DNA of 64,000 nt, from positions 1,658,303 to 1,722,302 of the forward strand of contig CM082582.2 of NCBI GenBank assembly GCA_040954595.2, in the 5' to 3' direction. The DNA is from Balanoglossus misakiensis. Lineage: Eukaryota; Animalia; Hemichordata. Below, in pieces: positions 1 to 12,650 of this stretch (its first letter is position 1; each line of letters starts with the position of its first letter). The notes under the pieces are model-generated. The model did not search any database, had not been told where the DNA came from, and saw only the letters and a program-made list of their open reading frames with translations. A program made the translations under genes and the position numbers.

Positions 1-870
1 AAAATTTCGTCGATTTTTGTAAAAAATCATGGGTGAAAATCATCAAAAAATGACAAATTTTCGACTTTGCAAAATCTCAAAATTTCGTACATTTTAAAAA
101 AAAAATCATGGGTGAAATTCATCAAAAAATGACAAATTTTCGTCTTTGCAAAATCTCAAAATTTCGTACATTTTTAAAAAAAAATCATGGGTGAAATTCA
201 TCAAAAAATGACAAATTTTCGTCTTTGCAAAATCTCAAAATTTCGCCGATTTTTGAAAAAAACAATCATGGTGAAAATCATAAAAAAATGACAAATTTTC
301 GACTTTGCAAAATCTCAAAATGTTGTCAATTTTTGAAAAAAATCATGGGTTCGTTGATTTTTAAAAAAAAACATTGGTGAAAATCATCAAAAAATTACAA
401 ATTTTCGACTTTGCAAAATCTCAAAATTTTGTCGATTTTTGTAAAAAAAACATGGGTGAAAATCATTAATAAATGACAAATTTTCGACTTTGCAAAATCT
501 CAAAATTTCGTCGATTTTTGAAAAAAAAATCATGGGTGAAAATCATCAAAAAATGACAAATTTTCGACTTTGCAAAATCTCAAAATGTTGTCAATTTTTG
601 AAAAAAATCATGAGTTTGTTGATTTTTAAAAAAAAACATTGGTGAAAATCATCAAAAAATTACAAATTTTCGACTTTGCAAAATCTCAAAATTTTGTCGA
701 TTTTTGAAAAAAAATCATGGGTGAAAATCATCAAAAAATGACAAATTTTCGACTTTGCAAAATCTCAAAATTTCGTCGATTTTTGAGAAAAATCATGGGT
801 GAAAATCATCAAAAAATGACAAATTTTCGACTTTGCAAAATCTCAAAATTTTGTCGATTTTTGAAAAAAA

Positions 871-900
871 ATCATGGGTTCGTTGATTTTTGAAAAAAAA
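871..900 (+). repeat. Example of the ~30-31-bp short unit (ATCATGGGTTCGTTGATTTTTGAAAAAAAA) interspersed through the arrays
   Basis: Equals the monomer with the segment between GGGT and TCGTCG removed. It recurs every few monomers on the left and after most monomers on the right. Confidence 0.9.
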
Positions 901-3900
901 CATGGGTGAAAATCATCAAAAAATTACAAATTTTCGTCTTTGCAAAATCTCAAAATTTCGTCGATTTTTGTAAAAAATCATGGGTGAAAATCATCAAAAA
1001 ATGACAAATTTTCGACTTTGCAAAATCTCAAAATTTCGTACATTTTAAAAAAAAAATCATGGGTGAAATTCATCAAAAAATGACAAATTTTCGTCTTTGC
1101 AAAATCTCAAAATTTCGTACATTTTTTAAAAAAAATCATGGGTGAAATTCATCAAAAAATGACAAATTTTCGTCTTTGCAAAATCTCAAAATTTCGCCGA
1201 TTTTTGAAAAAAACAATCATGGTGAAAATCATAAAAAAATGACAAATTTTCGACTTTGCAAAATCTCAAAATGTTGTCAATTTTTGAAAAAAATCATGGG
1301 TTCGTTGATTTTAAAAAAAAAACATTGGTGAAAATCATCAAAAAATTACAAATTTTCGACTTTGCAAAATCTCAAAATTTTGTCGATTTTTGTAAAAAAA
1401 ACATGGGTGAAAATCATTAAGAAATGACAAATTTTCGACTTTGCAAAATCTCAAAATTTCGTCGATTTTTGAAAAAAAAATCATGGGTTCGTTCAATTTT
1501 TGAAAAAAAACATGGGTGAAAATCATCAAAAAGTTACAAATTTTCGACTTTGCAAAATCTCAAAATTTTGTCGATTTTTGAAAAAAAATCATGGGTGAAA
1601 ATCATTAATAAATGACAAATTTTCGACTTTGCAAAATCTCAAAATTTCGTCGATTTTTGAAAAAAAAATCATGGGTGAAAATCATCAAAAAATGACAAAT
1701 TTTCGACTTTGCAAAATCTCAAAATGTTGTCAATTTTTGAAAAAAATCATGAGTTTGTTGATTTTTAAAAAAAAACATTGGTGAAAATCATCAAAAAATT
1801 ACAAATTTTCGACTTTGCAAAATCTCAAAATTTTGTCGATTTTTGAAAAAAAAACATGGGTGAAAATAATTAAAAAATGCCAAATTTTCGACTTTGCAAA
1901 ATCTCAAAATTTCGTCGATTTTTAAAAAAAAATTATGGGTTCGTTGATTTTTGAAAAAAAAAACATGGGTGAAAATCATCAAAAAATGTCAAATTTTCGA
2001 CTTTGCAAAATCTCAAAATTTTGTCGATTTTTGAAAAAAATCACGGGTGAAAATCATCAAAAAATGACAAATTTTTGTCTTTGCAAAATCTCAAAATTTC
2101 GTCGACTTTTGAAAAAAATCATGGGTGAAAATCATCAAAAAATTACAAATTTTCGTCTTTGCAAAATCTCAAAATTTTGTCGATTTTTGAAAAAAATCAC
2201 GGGTGAAAATCATCAAAAAATGACAAATTTTCGACTTTGCAAAATCTCAAAATTTCGTACATTTTTGAAAAAAAATCATGGGTGAAAATCATCAAAAAAT
2301 GACAAATTTTCGTCTTTGCAAAATCTCAAAATTTCGTCGATTTTTAAAAAAAAATCATGGTGAAAATCATCAAAAAATGACAAATTTTCGACTTTGCAAA
2401 ATCTCAAAATTTTGTCGATTTTTGAAAAAAAATCATGGGTGAAAATCATTAATAAATGACAAATTTTCGACTTTGCAAAATCTCAAAATTTCGTCGATTT
2501 TTGAAAAAAAAATCATGGGTGAAAATCATCAAAAAATGACAAATTTTCGACTTTGCAAAATCTCAAAATTTCGTCGATTTTTAAAAAAAAATTATGGGTT
2601 CGTTGATTTTTGAAAAAAAAAACATGGGTGAAAATCATCAAAAAATGTCAAATTTTCGACTTTGCAAAATCTCAAAATTTTGTCGATTTTTGAAAAAAAA
2701 ACATGGGTGAAAATAATTAAAAAATGCCAAATTTTCGACTTTGCAAAATCTCAAAATTTCGTCGATTTTTAAAAAAAAATTATGGGTTCGTTGATTTTTG
2801 AAAAAAAAAAACATGGGTGAAAATCATCAAAAAATGTCAAATTTTCGACTTTGCAAAATCTCAAAATTTCGTCGATTTTTGAAAAAATCATGAGAGAAAA
2901 TCATCAAAAAATGACAAATTTTCGACTTTGCAAAATCTCAAAATTTCGTCGATTTTTGAAAAAAATCATGGGTGAAAATCATCAAAAAATGACAAATTTT
3001 CGACTTAGCAAAATCTCAAAATTTTGTCGATTTTTGAAAAAAATCATAGGTGAAAATCATCAAAAAATGACAAATTTTCGACTTTGCAAAATCTCAAAAT
3101 TTCGTCGATTTTGAAAAAAAACATGGGTGAAAATCATCAAAAAATTACAAATTTTCGACTTTGCAAAATCTCAAAATTTTGTCGATTTTTGAAAAAAAAT
3201 CATGGGTGAAAATCATCAAAAAATGACAAATTTTCGACTTTGCAAAATCTCAAAATTTCGTCGATTTTTGAGAAAAATCATGGGTGAAAATCATCAAAAA
3301 ATGACAAATTTTCGACTTTGCAAAATCTCAAAATTTTGTCGATTTTTGAAAAAAAATCATGGGTTCGTTGATTTTTGAAAAAAAAACATGGGTGAAAATC
3401 ATCAAAAAATTACAAATTTTCGTCTTTGCAAAATCTCAAAATTTCGTCGATTTTTGTAAAAAATCATGGGTGAAAATCATCAAAAAATGACAAATTTTCG
3501 ACTTTGCAAAATCTCAAAATTTCGTACATTTTAAAAAAAAAATCATGGGTGAAATTCATCAAAAAATGACAAATTGTTGTCTTTGCAAAATCTCAAAATT
3601 TCGTACATTTTTAAAAAAAAATCATGGGTGAAATTTATCAAAAAATGACAAATTTTCGTCCTTGCAAAATCTCAAAATTTCGCCGATTTTTGAAAAAAAC
3701 AATCATGGTGAAAATCATAAAAAAATGACAAATTTTCGACTTTGCAAAATCTCAAAATGTTGTCAATTTTTGAAAAAAATCATGGGTTCGTTGATTTTTA
3801 AAAAAAAACATTGGTGAAAATCATCAAAAAATTACAAATTTTCGACTTTGCAAAATCTCAAAATTTTGTCGATTTTTGTAAAAAAAACATGGGTGAAAAT

Positions 3901-6369
3901 CATTAAGAAATGACAAATTTTCGACTTTGCAAAATCTCAAAATTTCGTCGATTTTTGAAAAAAAAATCATGGGTTCGTTCAATTTTTGAAAAAAAACATG
4001 GGTGAAAATCATCAAAAAGTTACAAATTTTCGACTTTGCAAAATCTCAAAATTTTGTCGATTTTTGAAAAAAAATCATGGGTGAAAATCATTAATAAATG
4101 ACAAATTTTCGACTTTGCAAAATCTCAAAATTTCGTCGATTTTTGAAAAAAAAATCATGGGTGAAAATCATCAAAAAATGACAAATTTTCGACTTTGCAA
4201 AATCTCAAAATGTTGTCAATTTTTGAAAAAAATCATGAGTTTGTTGATTTTTAAAAAAAAACATTGGTGAAAATCATCAAAAAATTACAAATTTTCGACT
4301 TTGCAAAATCTCAAAATTTTGTCGATTTTTGAAAAAAAATCATGATTGAAAATCATCAAAAAATGACAAATTTTCGACTTTGCAAAATCTCAAAATTTCG
4401 TCGATTTTTGAGAAAAATCATGGGTGAAAATCATCAAAAAATGACAAATTTTCGACTTTGCAAAATCTCAAAATTTTGTCGATTTTTGAAAAAAAATCAT
4501 GGGTTCGTTGATTTTTGAAAAAAAACATGGGTGAAAATCATCAAAAAATTACAAATTTTCGTCTTTGCAAAATCTCAAAATTTCGTCGATTTTTGTAAAA
4601 AATCATGGGTGAAAATCATCAAAAAATGACAAATTTTCGACTTTGCAAAATCTCAAAATTTCGTACATTTTAAAAAAAAAAATCATGGGTGAAATTCATC
4701 AAAAAATGACAAATTTTCGTCTTTGCAAAATCTCAAAATTTCGTACATTTTTAAAAAAAAATCATGGGTGAAATTCATCAAAAAATGACAAATTTTCGTC
4801 TTTGCAAAATCTCAAAATTTCGCCGATTTTTGAAAAAAACAATCATGGTGAAAATCATAAAAAAATGACAAATTTTCGACTTTGCAAAATCTCAAAATGT
4901 TGTCAATTTTTGAAAAAAATCATGGGTTCGTTGATTTTTAAAAAAAAACATTGGTGAAAATCATCAAAAAATTACAAATTTTCGACTTTGCAAAATCTCA
5001 AAATTTTGTCGATTTTTGTAAAAAAAACATGGGTGAAAATCATTAAGAAATGACAAATTTTCGACTTTGCAAAATCTCAAAATTTCGTCGATTTTTGAAA
5101 AAAAAATCATGGGTTCGTTCAATTTTTGAAAAAAAACATGGGTGAAAATCATCAAAAAGTTACAAATTTTCGACTTTGCAAAATCTCAAAATTTTGTCGA
5201 TTTTTGAAAAAAAATCATGGGTGAAAATCATTAATAAATGACAAATTTTCGACTTTGCAAAATCTCAAAATTTCGTCGATTTTTGAAAAAAAAATCATGG
5301 GTGAAAATCATCAAAAAATGACAAATTTTCGACTTTGCAAAATCTCAAAATGTTGTCAATTTTTGAAAAAAATCATGAGTTTGTTGATTTTTAAAAAAAA
5401 ACATTGGTGAAAATCATCAAATAATGTCAAATTTTCGACTTTGCAAAATCTCAAAATTTTGTCGATTTTTGAAAAAAATCACGGGTGAAAATCATCAAAA
5501 AATGACAAATTTTTGTCTTTGCAAAATCTCAAAATTTCGTCGACTTTTGAAAAAAATCATGGGTGAAAATCATCAAAAAATTACAAATTTTCGTCTTTGC
5601 AAAATCTCAAAATTTTGTCGATTTTTGAAAAAAATCACGGGTGAAAATCATCAAAAAATGACAAATTTTCGACTTTGCAAAATCTCAAAATTTCGTACAT
5701 TTTTGAAAAAAAATCATGGGTGAAAATCATCAAAAAATGACAAATTTTCGTCTTTGCAAAATCTCAAAATTTCGTCGATTTTTAAAAAAAATTCATGGTG
5801 AAAATCATCAAAAAATGACAAATTTTCGACTTTGCAAAATCTCAAAATGTTGTCAATTTTTGAAAAAAATCATGAGTTTGTTGATTTTTAAAAAAAAACA
5901 TTGGTGAAAATCATCAAAAAATTACAAATTTTCGACTTTGCAAAATCTCAAAATTTTGTCGATTTTTGAAAAAAAAACATGGGTGAAAATAATTAAAAAA
6001 TGCCAAATTTTCGACTTTGCAAAATCTCAAAATTTCGTCGATTTTTAAAAAAAAATTATGGGTTCGTTGATTTTTGAAAAAAAAAAACATGGGTGAAAAT
6101 CATCAAAAAATGTCAAATTTTCGACTTTGCAAAATCTCAAAATTTCGTCGATTTTTGAAAAAATCATGAGTGAAAATCATCAAAAAATGACAAATTTTCG
6201 ACTTTGCAAAATCTCAAAATTTCGTCGATTTTTGAAAAAAATCATGGGTGAAAATCATCAAAAAATGACAAATTTTCGACTTAGCAAAATCTCAAAATTT
6301 TGTCGATTTTTGAAAAAAATCATAGGTGAAAATCATCAAAAAATGACAAATTTTCGACTTTGCAAAATC

Positions 6370-9300
6370 TCAAAATTTCGTCGATTTTGAAAAAAATCAT
6401 GGGTGAAAATCATCAAAAAATGACAAATTTTCGTCTTTGCTAAATCTCAAAATTTTGTCGATTTTTGAAAAAAATCACGGGTGAAAATCATCAAAAAATG
6501 ACAAATTTTCGACTTTGCAAAATCTCAAAATTTCGTACATTTTTGAAAAAAAATCATGAGTGAAAATCATCAAAAAATGACAAATTTTCGTCATTGCAAA
6601 ATCTCAAAATTTCGTCGATTTTTAAAAAAAAAATCATGGTGAAAATCATCAAAAAATGACAAATTTTCGACTTTGCAAAATCTAAAAATTTTGTCGATTT
6701 TTGAAAAAAATCATGGGTGAAAATAATCAAAAAATGACAAATTTTCGACTTTGCAAAATCTCAAAATTTTGTCGGTTTTTGAAAAAAGAAATCATGGGTG
6801 AAAATCATCAAAAAATGACAAATTTTCGACTTTGCAAAATCTCAAAATTTCGTCGATTTTTGAAAAAAATCATGGGTGAAAATCATCAAAAAATGACAAA
6901 TTTTCGACTTTTTGAAAAAAAATCATGGGTTCGTTGATTTTTGAAAAAAAACATGGGTGAAAATCATCAAAAAATTACAAATTTTCGAATTTGCATAATC
7001 TCAAAATTTCGTCGATTTTTGAAAATAAAAACGGGTGAAAATCATCAAAAAATTACAAATTTTTGTTTTTGCAAAATCTCAAAATTTCGTCGACTTTTGA
7101 AAAAAATCATGGGTGAAAATCATCAAAAAATGACAAATTTTCGTCTTTGCTAAATCTAAAAATTTTGTCGATTTTTGAAAAAAATCATGGGTGAAAATCA
7201 TCAAAAAATGACAAATTTTCGACTTTGCAAAATCTCAAATTTCGTCGTTTTTTGAAAAAAATCATTGGTGAAAATCATCAAAAAATGACAAATTTTCGAC
7301 TTTGCAAAATCTAAAAATTTTGACGATTTTTGAAAAAAATCATGGGTAAAAATAATAAATAAAATGACAAATTTTCGACTTTGCAAAATCTCAAAATTTT
7401 GTCGGTTTTTGAAAAAAGAAATCATGGGTGAAAATCATCAAAAAATGAAAAATTTTCGACTTTGCAAAATCTCAAAATTTCGTCGATTTTTGAAAAAAAT
7501 CATGGGTGAAAATCATCAAAAAATGACAAATTTTCGACTTTGCAAAATCTCAAAATTTCGTCGATTTTTGAAAAAAATCATGGGTTCGTTCAATTTTGAA
7601 AAAAAACATGGGTGACAATCATCAAAAAATTACAAATTTTCGACTTTGCAAAATCTCAACATTTTGTCGATTTTTGAAAAAAAATCATGGGTGAAAATCA
7701 TTAATAAATGACAAATTTTCGACTTTGCAAAATCTCAAAATTTCGTCGATTTTTGAAAAAAAATTATGGGTTCGTTGATTTTTGAAAAAAAACATGGGTG
7801 AAAATCATCAAAAAATGACAAATTTTCGACTTTGCAAAATCTTAAAATTTCGTCGATTTTTGACAAAAATCATGGGTGAAAATCATCAAAAAATGACAAA
7901 TTTTCGACTTTGCAAAATCTCAAAATTTCGTCGATTTTTGAAAAAAATCATGGGTTCGTTCAATTTTGAAAAAAAACATGGGTGAAAATCATCAAAAAAT
8001 TACAAATTTTCGACTTTGCAAAATCTCAAAATTTTGTCGATTTTTGAAAAAAAATCATTGGTGAAAATCATCAAAAAATGACAAATTTTCGACTTTGCAA
8101 AATCTCAAAATTTCGTCGATTTTTGAGAAAAATCATGGGTGAAAATCATCAAAAAATGACAAATTTTCGACTTTGCAAAATCTCAAAATTTTGTCGATTT
8201 TTGAAAAAAAATCATGGGTTCGTTGATTTTTGAAAAAAAACATGGGTGAAAATCATCAAAAAATTACAAATTTTCGTCTTTGCAAAATCTCAAAATTTCG
8301 TCGATTTTTGTAAAAAATCATGGGTGAAAATCATCAAAAAATGACAAATTTTCGACTTTGCAAAATCTCAAAATTTCGTACATTTTAAAAAAAAAATCAT
8401 GGGTGAAATTCATCAAAAAATGACAAATTTTCGTCTTTGCAAAATCTCAAAATTTCGTACATTTTTAAAAAAAAATCATGGGTGAAATTCATCAAAAAAT
8501 GACAAATTTTCGTCTTTGCAAAATCTCAAAATTTCGCCGATTTTTGAAAAAAACAATCATGGTGAAAATCATAAAAAAATGACAAATTTTCGACTTTGCA
8601 AAATCTCAAAATGTTGTCAATTTTTGAAAAAAATCATGGGTTCGTTGATTTTTAAAAAAAAACATTGGTGAAAATCATCAAAAAATTACAAATTTTCGAC
8701 TTTGCAAAATCTCAAAATTTCGTCGATTTTTGAAAAAAAAATCATGGGTTCGTTCAATTTTTGAAAAAAAACATGGGTGAAAATCATCAAAAAGTTACAA
8801 ATTTTCGACTTTGCAAAATCTCAAAATTTTGTCGATTTTTGAAAAAAAATCATGGGTTCGTTGATTTTTGAAAAAAAACATGGGTGAAAATCATCAAAAA
8901 ATTACAAATTTTCGTCTTTGCAAAATCTCAAAATTTCGTCGATTTTTGTAAAAAATCATGGGTGAAAATCATCAAAAAATGACAAATTTTCGACTTTGCA
9001 AAATCTCAAAATTTCGTACATTTTAAAAAAAAAATCATGGGTGAAATTCATCAAAAAATGACAAATTTTCGTCTTTGCAAAATCTCAAAATTTCGTACAT
9101 TTTTAAAAAAAAATCATGGGTGAAATTCATCAAAAAATGACAAATTTTCGTCTTTGCAAAATCTCAAAATTTCGCCGATTTTTGAAAAAAACAATCATGG
9201 TGAAAATCATAAAAAAATGACAAATTTTCGACTTTGCAAAATCTCAAAATGTTGTCAATTTTTGAAAAAAATCATGGGTTCGTTGATTTTTAAAAAAAAA

Positions 9301-12300
9301 CATTGGTGAAAATCATCAAAAAATTACAAATTTTCGACTTTGCAAAATCTCAAAATTTCGTCGATTTTTGAAAAAAAAATCATGGGTTCGTTCAATTTTT
9401 GAAAAAAAACATGGGTGAAAATCATCAAAAAGTTACAAATTTTCGACTTTGCAAAATCTCAAAATTTTGTCGATTTTTGAAAAAAAATCATGGGTGAAAA
9501 TCATTAATAAATGACAAATTTTCGACTTTGCAAAATCTCAAAATTTCGTCGATTTTTGAAAAAAATCATGAGTTTGTTGATTTTTAAAAAAAAACATGGG
9601 TGAAAATCATCAAAAAATGACAAATTTTCGACTTTGCAAAATCTCAAAATGTTGTCAATTTTTGAAAAAAATCATGAGTTTGTTGATTTTTAAAAAAAAA
9701 CATTGGTGAAAATCATCAAAAAATTACAAATTTTCGACTTTGCAAAATCTCAAAATTTTGTCGATTTTTGAAAAAAAATCATGGGTGAAAATCATCAAAA
9801 AATGACAAATTTTCGACTTTGCAAAATCTCAAAATTTCGTCGATTTTTGAGAAAAATCATGGGTGAAAATCATCAAAAAATGACAAATTTTCGACTTTGC
9901 AAAATCTCAAAATTTTGTCGATTTTTGAAAAAAAATCATGGGTTCGTTGATTTTTGAAAAAAAACATGGGTGAAAATCATCAAAAAATTACAAATTTTCG
10001 AATTTGCATAATCTCAAAATTTCGTCGATTTTTGAAAATAAAAACGGGTGAAAATCATCAAAAAATTACAAATTTTTGTTTTTGCAAAATCTCAAAATTT
10101 CGTCGACTTTTGAAAAAAATCATGGGTGAAAATCATCAAAAAATGACAAATTTTCGTCTTTGCTAAATCTCAAAATTTCGTCGATTTTGAAAAAAATCAT
10201 GGGTGAAAATCATCAAAAAATGACAAATTTTCGTCTTTGCTAAATCTCAAAATTTTGTCGATTTTTGAAAAAAATCACGGGTGAAAATCATCAAAAAATG
10301 ACAAATTTTCGACTTTGCAAAATCTCAAAATTTCGTACATTTTTGAAAAAAAATCATGAGTGAAAATCATCAAAAAATGACAAATTTTCGTCATTGCAAA
10401 ATCTCAAAATTTCGTCGATTTTTAAAAAAAAAATCATGGTGAAAATCATCAAAAAATGACAAATTTTCGACTTTGCAAAATCTAAAAATTTTGTCGATTT
10501 TTGAAAAAAATCATGGGTGAAAATAATCAAAAAATGACAAATTTTCGACTTTGCAAAATCTCAAAATTTTGTCGGTTTTTGAAAAAAGAAATCATGGGTG
10601 AAAATCATCAAAAAATGACAAATTTTCGACTTTGCAAAATCTCAAAATTTCGTCGATTTTTGAAAAAAATCATGGGTGAAAATCATCAAAAAATGACAAA
10701 TTTTCGACTTTTTGAAAAAAAATCATGGGTTCGTTGATTTTTGAAAAAAAACATGGGTGAAAATCATCAAAAAATTACAAATTTTCGAATTTGCATAATC
10801 TCAAAATTTCGTCGATTTTTGAAAATAAAAACGGGTGAAAATCATCAAAAAATTACAAATTTTTGTTTTTGCAAAATCTCAAAATTTCGTCGACTTTTGA
10901 AAAAAATCATGGGTGAAAATCATCAAAAAATGACAAATTTTCGTCTTTGCTAAATCTAAAAATTTTGTCGATTTTTGAAAAAAATCATGGGTGAAAATCA
11001 TCAAAAAATGACAAATTTTCGACTTTGCAAAATCTCAAATTTCGTCGTTTTTTGAAAAAAATCATTGGTGAAAATCATCAAAAAATGACAAATTTTCGAC
11101 TTTGCAAAATCTAAAAATTTTGACGATTTTTGAAAAAAATCATGGGTAAAAATAATAAATAAAATGACAAATTTTCGACTTTGCAAAATCTCAAAATTTT
11201 GTCGGTTTTTGAAAAAAGAAATCATGGGTGAAAATCATCAAAAAATGAAAAATTTTCGACTTTGCAAAATCTCAAAATTTCGTCGATTTTTGAAAAAAAT
11301 CATGGGTGAAAATCATCAAAAAATGACAAATTTTCGACTTTGCAAAATCTCAAAATTTCGTCGATTTTTGAAAAAAATCATGGGTTCGTTCAATTTTGAA
11401 AAAAAACATGGGTGACAATCATCAAAAAATTACAAATTTTCGACTTTGCAAAATCTCAACATTTTGTCGATTTTTGAAAAAAAATCATGGGTGAAAATCA
11501 TTAATAAATGACAAATTTTCGACTTTGCAAAATCTCAAAATTTCGTCGATTTTTGAAAAAAAATTATGGGTTCGTTGATTTTTGAAAAAAAACATGGGTG
11601 AAAATCATCAAAAAATGACAAATTTTCGACTTTGCAAAATCTTAAAATTTCGTCGATTTTTGACAAAAATCATGGGTGAAAATCATCAAAAAATGACAAA
11701 TTTTCGACTTTGCAAAATCTCAAAATTTCGTCGATTTTTGAAAAAAATCATGGGTTCGTTCAATTTTGAAAAAAAACATGGGTGAAAATCATCAAAAAAT
11801 TACAAATTTTCGACTTTGCAAAATCTCAAAATTTTGTCGATTTTTGAAAAAAAATCATTGGTGAAAATCATCAAAAAATGACAAATTTTCGACTTTGCAA
11901 AATCTCAAAATTTCGTCGATTTTTGAGAAAAATCATGGGTGAAAATCATCAAAAAATGACAAATTTTCGACTTTGCAAAATCTCAAAATTTTGTCGATTT
12001 TTGAAAAAAAATCATGGGTTCGTTGATTTTTGAAAAAAAACATGGGTGAAAATCATCAAAAAATTACAAATTTTCGTCTTTGCAAAATCTCAAAATTTCG
12101 TCGATTTTTGTAAAAAATCATGGGTGAAAATCATCAAAAAATGACAAATTTTCGACTTTGCAAAATCTCAAAATTTCGTACATTTTAAAAAAAAAATCAT
12201 GGGTGAAATTCATCAAAAAATGACAAATTTTCGTCTTTGCAAAATCTCAAAATTTCGTACATTTTTAAAAAAAAATCATGGGTGAAATTCATCAAAAAAT

Positions 12301-12650
12301 GACAAATTTTCGTCTTTGCAAAATCTCAAAATTTCGCCGATTTTTGAAAAAAACAATCATGGTGAAAATCATAAAAAAATGACAAATTTTCGACTTTGCA
12401 AAATCTCAAAATGTTGTCAATTTTTGAAAAAAATCATGGGTTCGTTGATTTTTAAAAAAAAACATTGGTGAAAATCATCAAAAAATTACAAATTTTCGAC
12501 TTTGCAAAATCTCAAAATTTCGTCGATTTTTGAAAAAAAAATCATGGGTTCGTTCAATTTTTGAAAAAAAACATGGGTGAAAATCATCAAAAAGTTACAA
12601 ATTTTCGACTTTGCAAAATCTCAAAATTTTGTCGATTTTTGAAAAAAAAA
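6370..12650 (+). repeat. Higher-order duplication, offset 3800 bp (about 6370-8850 copied at about 10170-12650)
   Basis: Identical ORF translations at 6701/10501, 6941/10741, 7201/11001, 7364/11164 and 7782/11582. Boundaries approximate. Confidence 0.85.
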
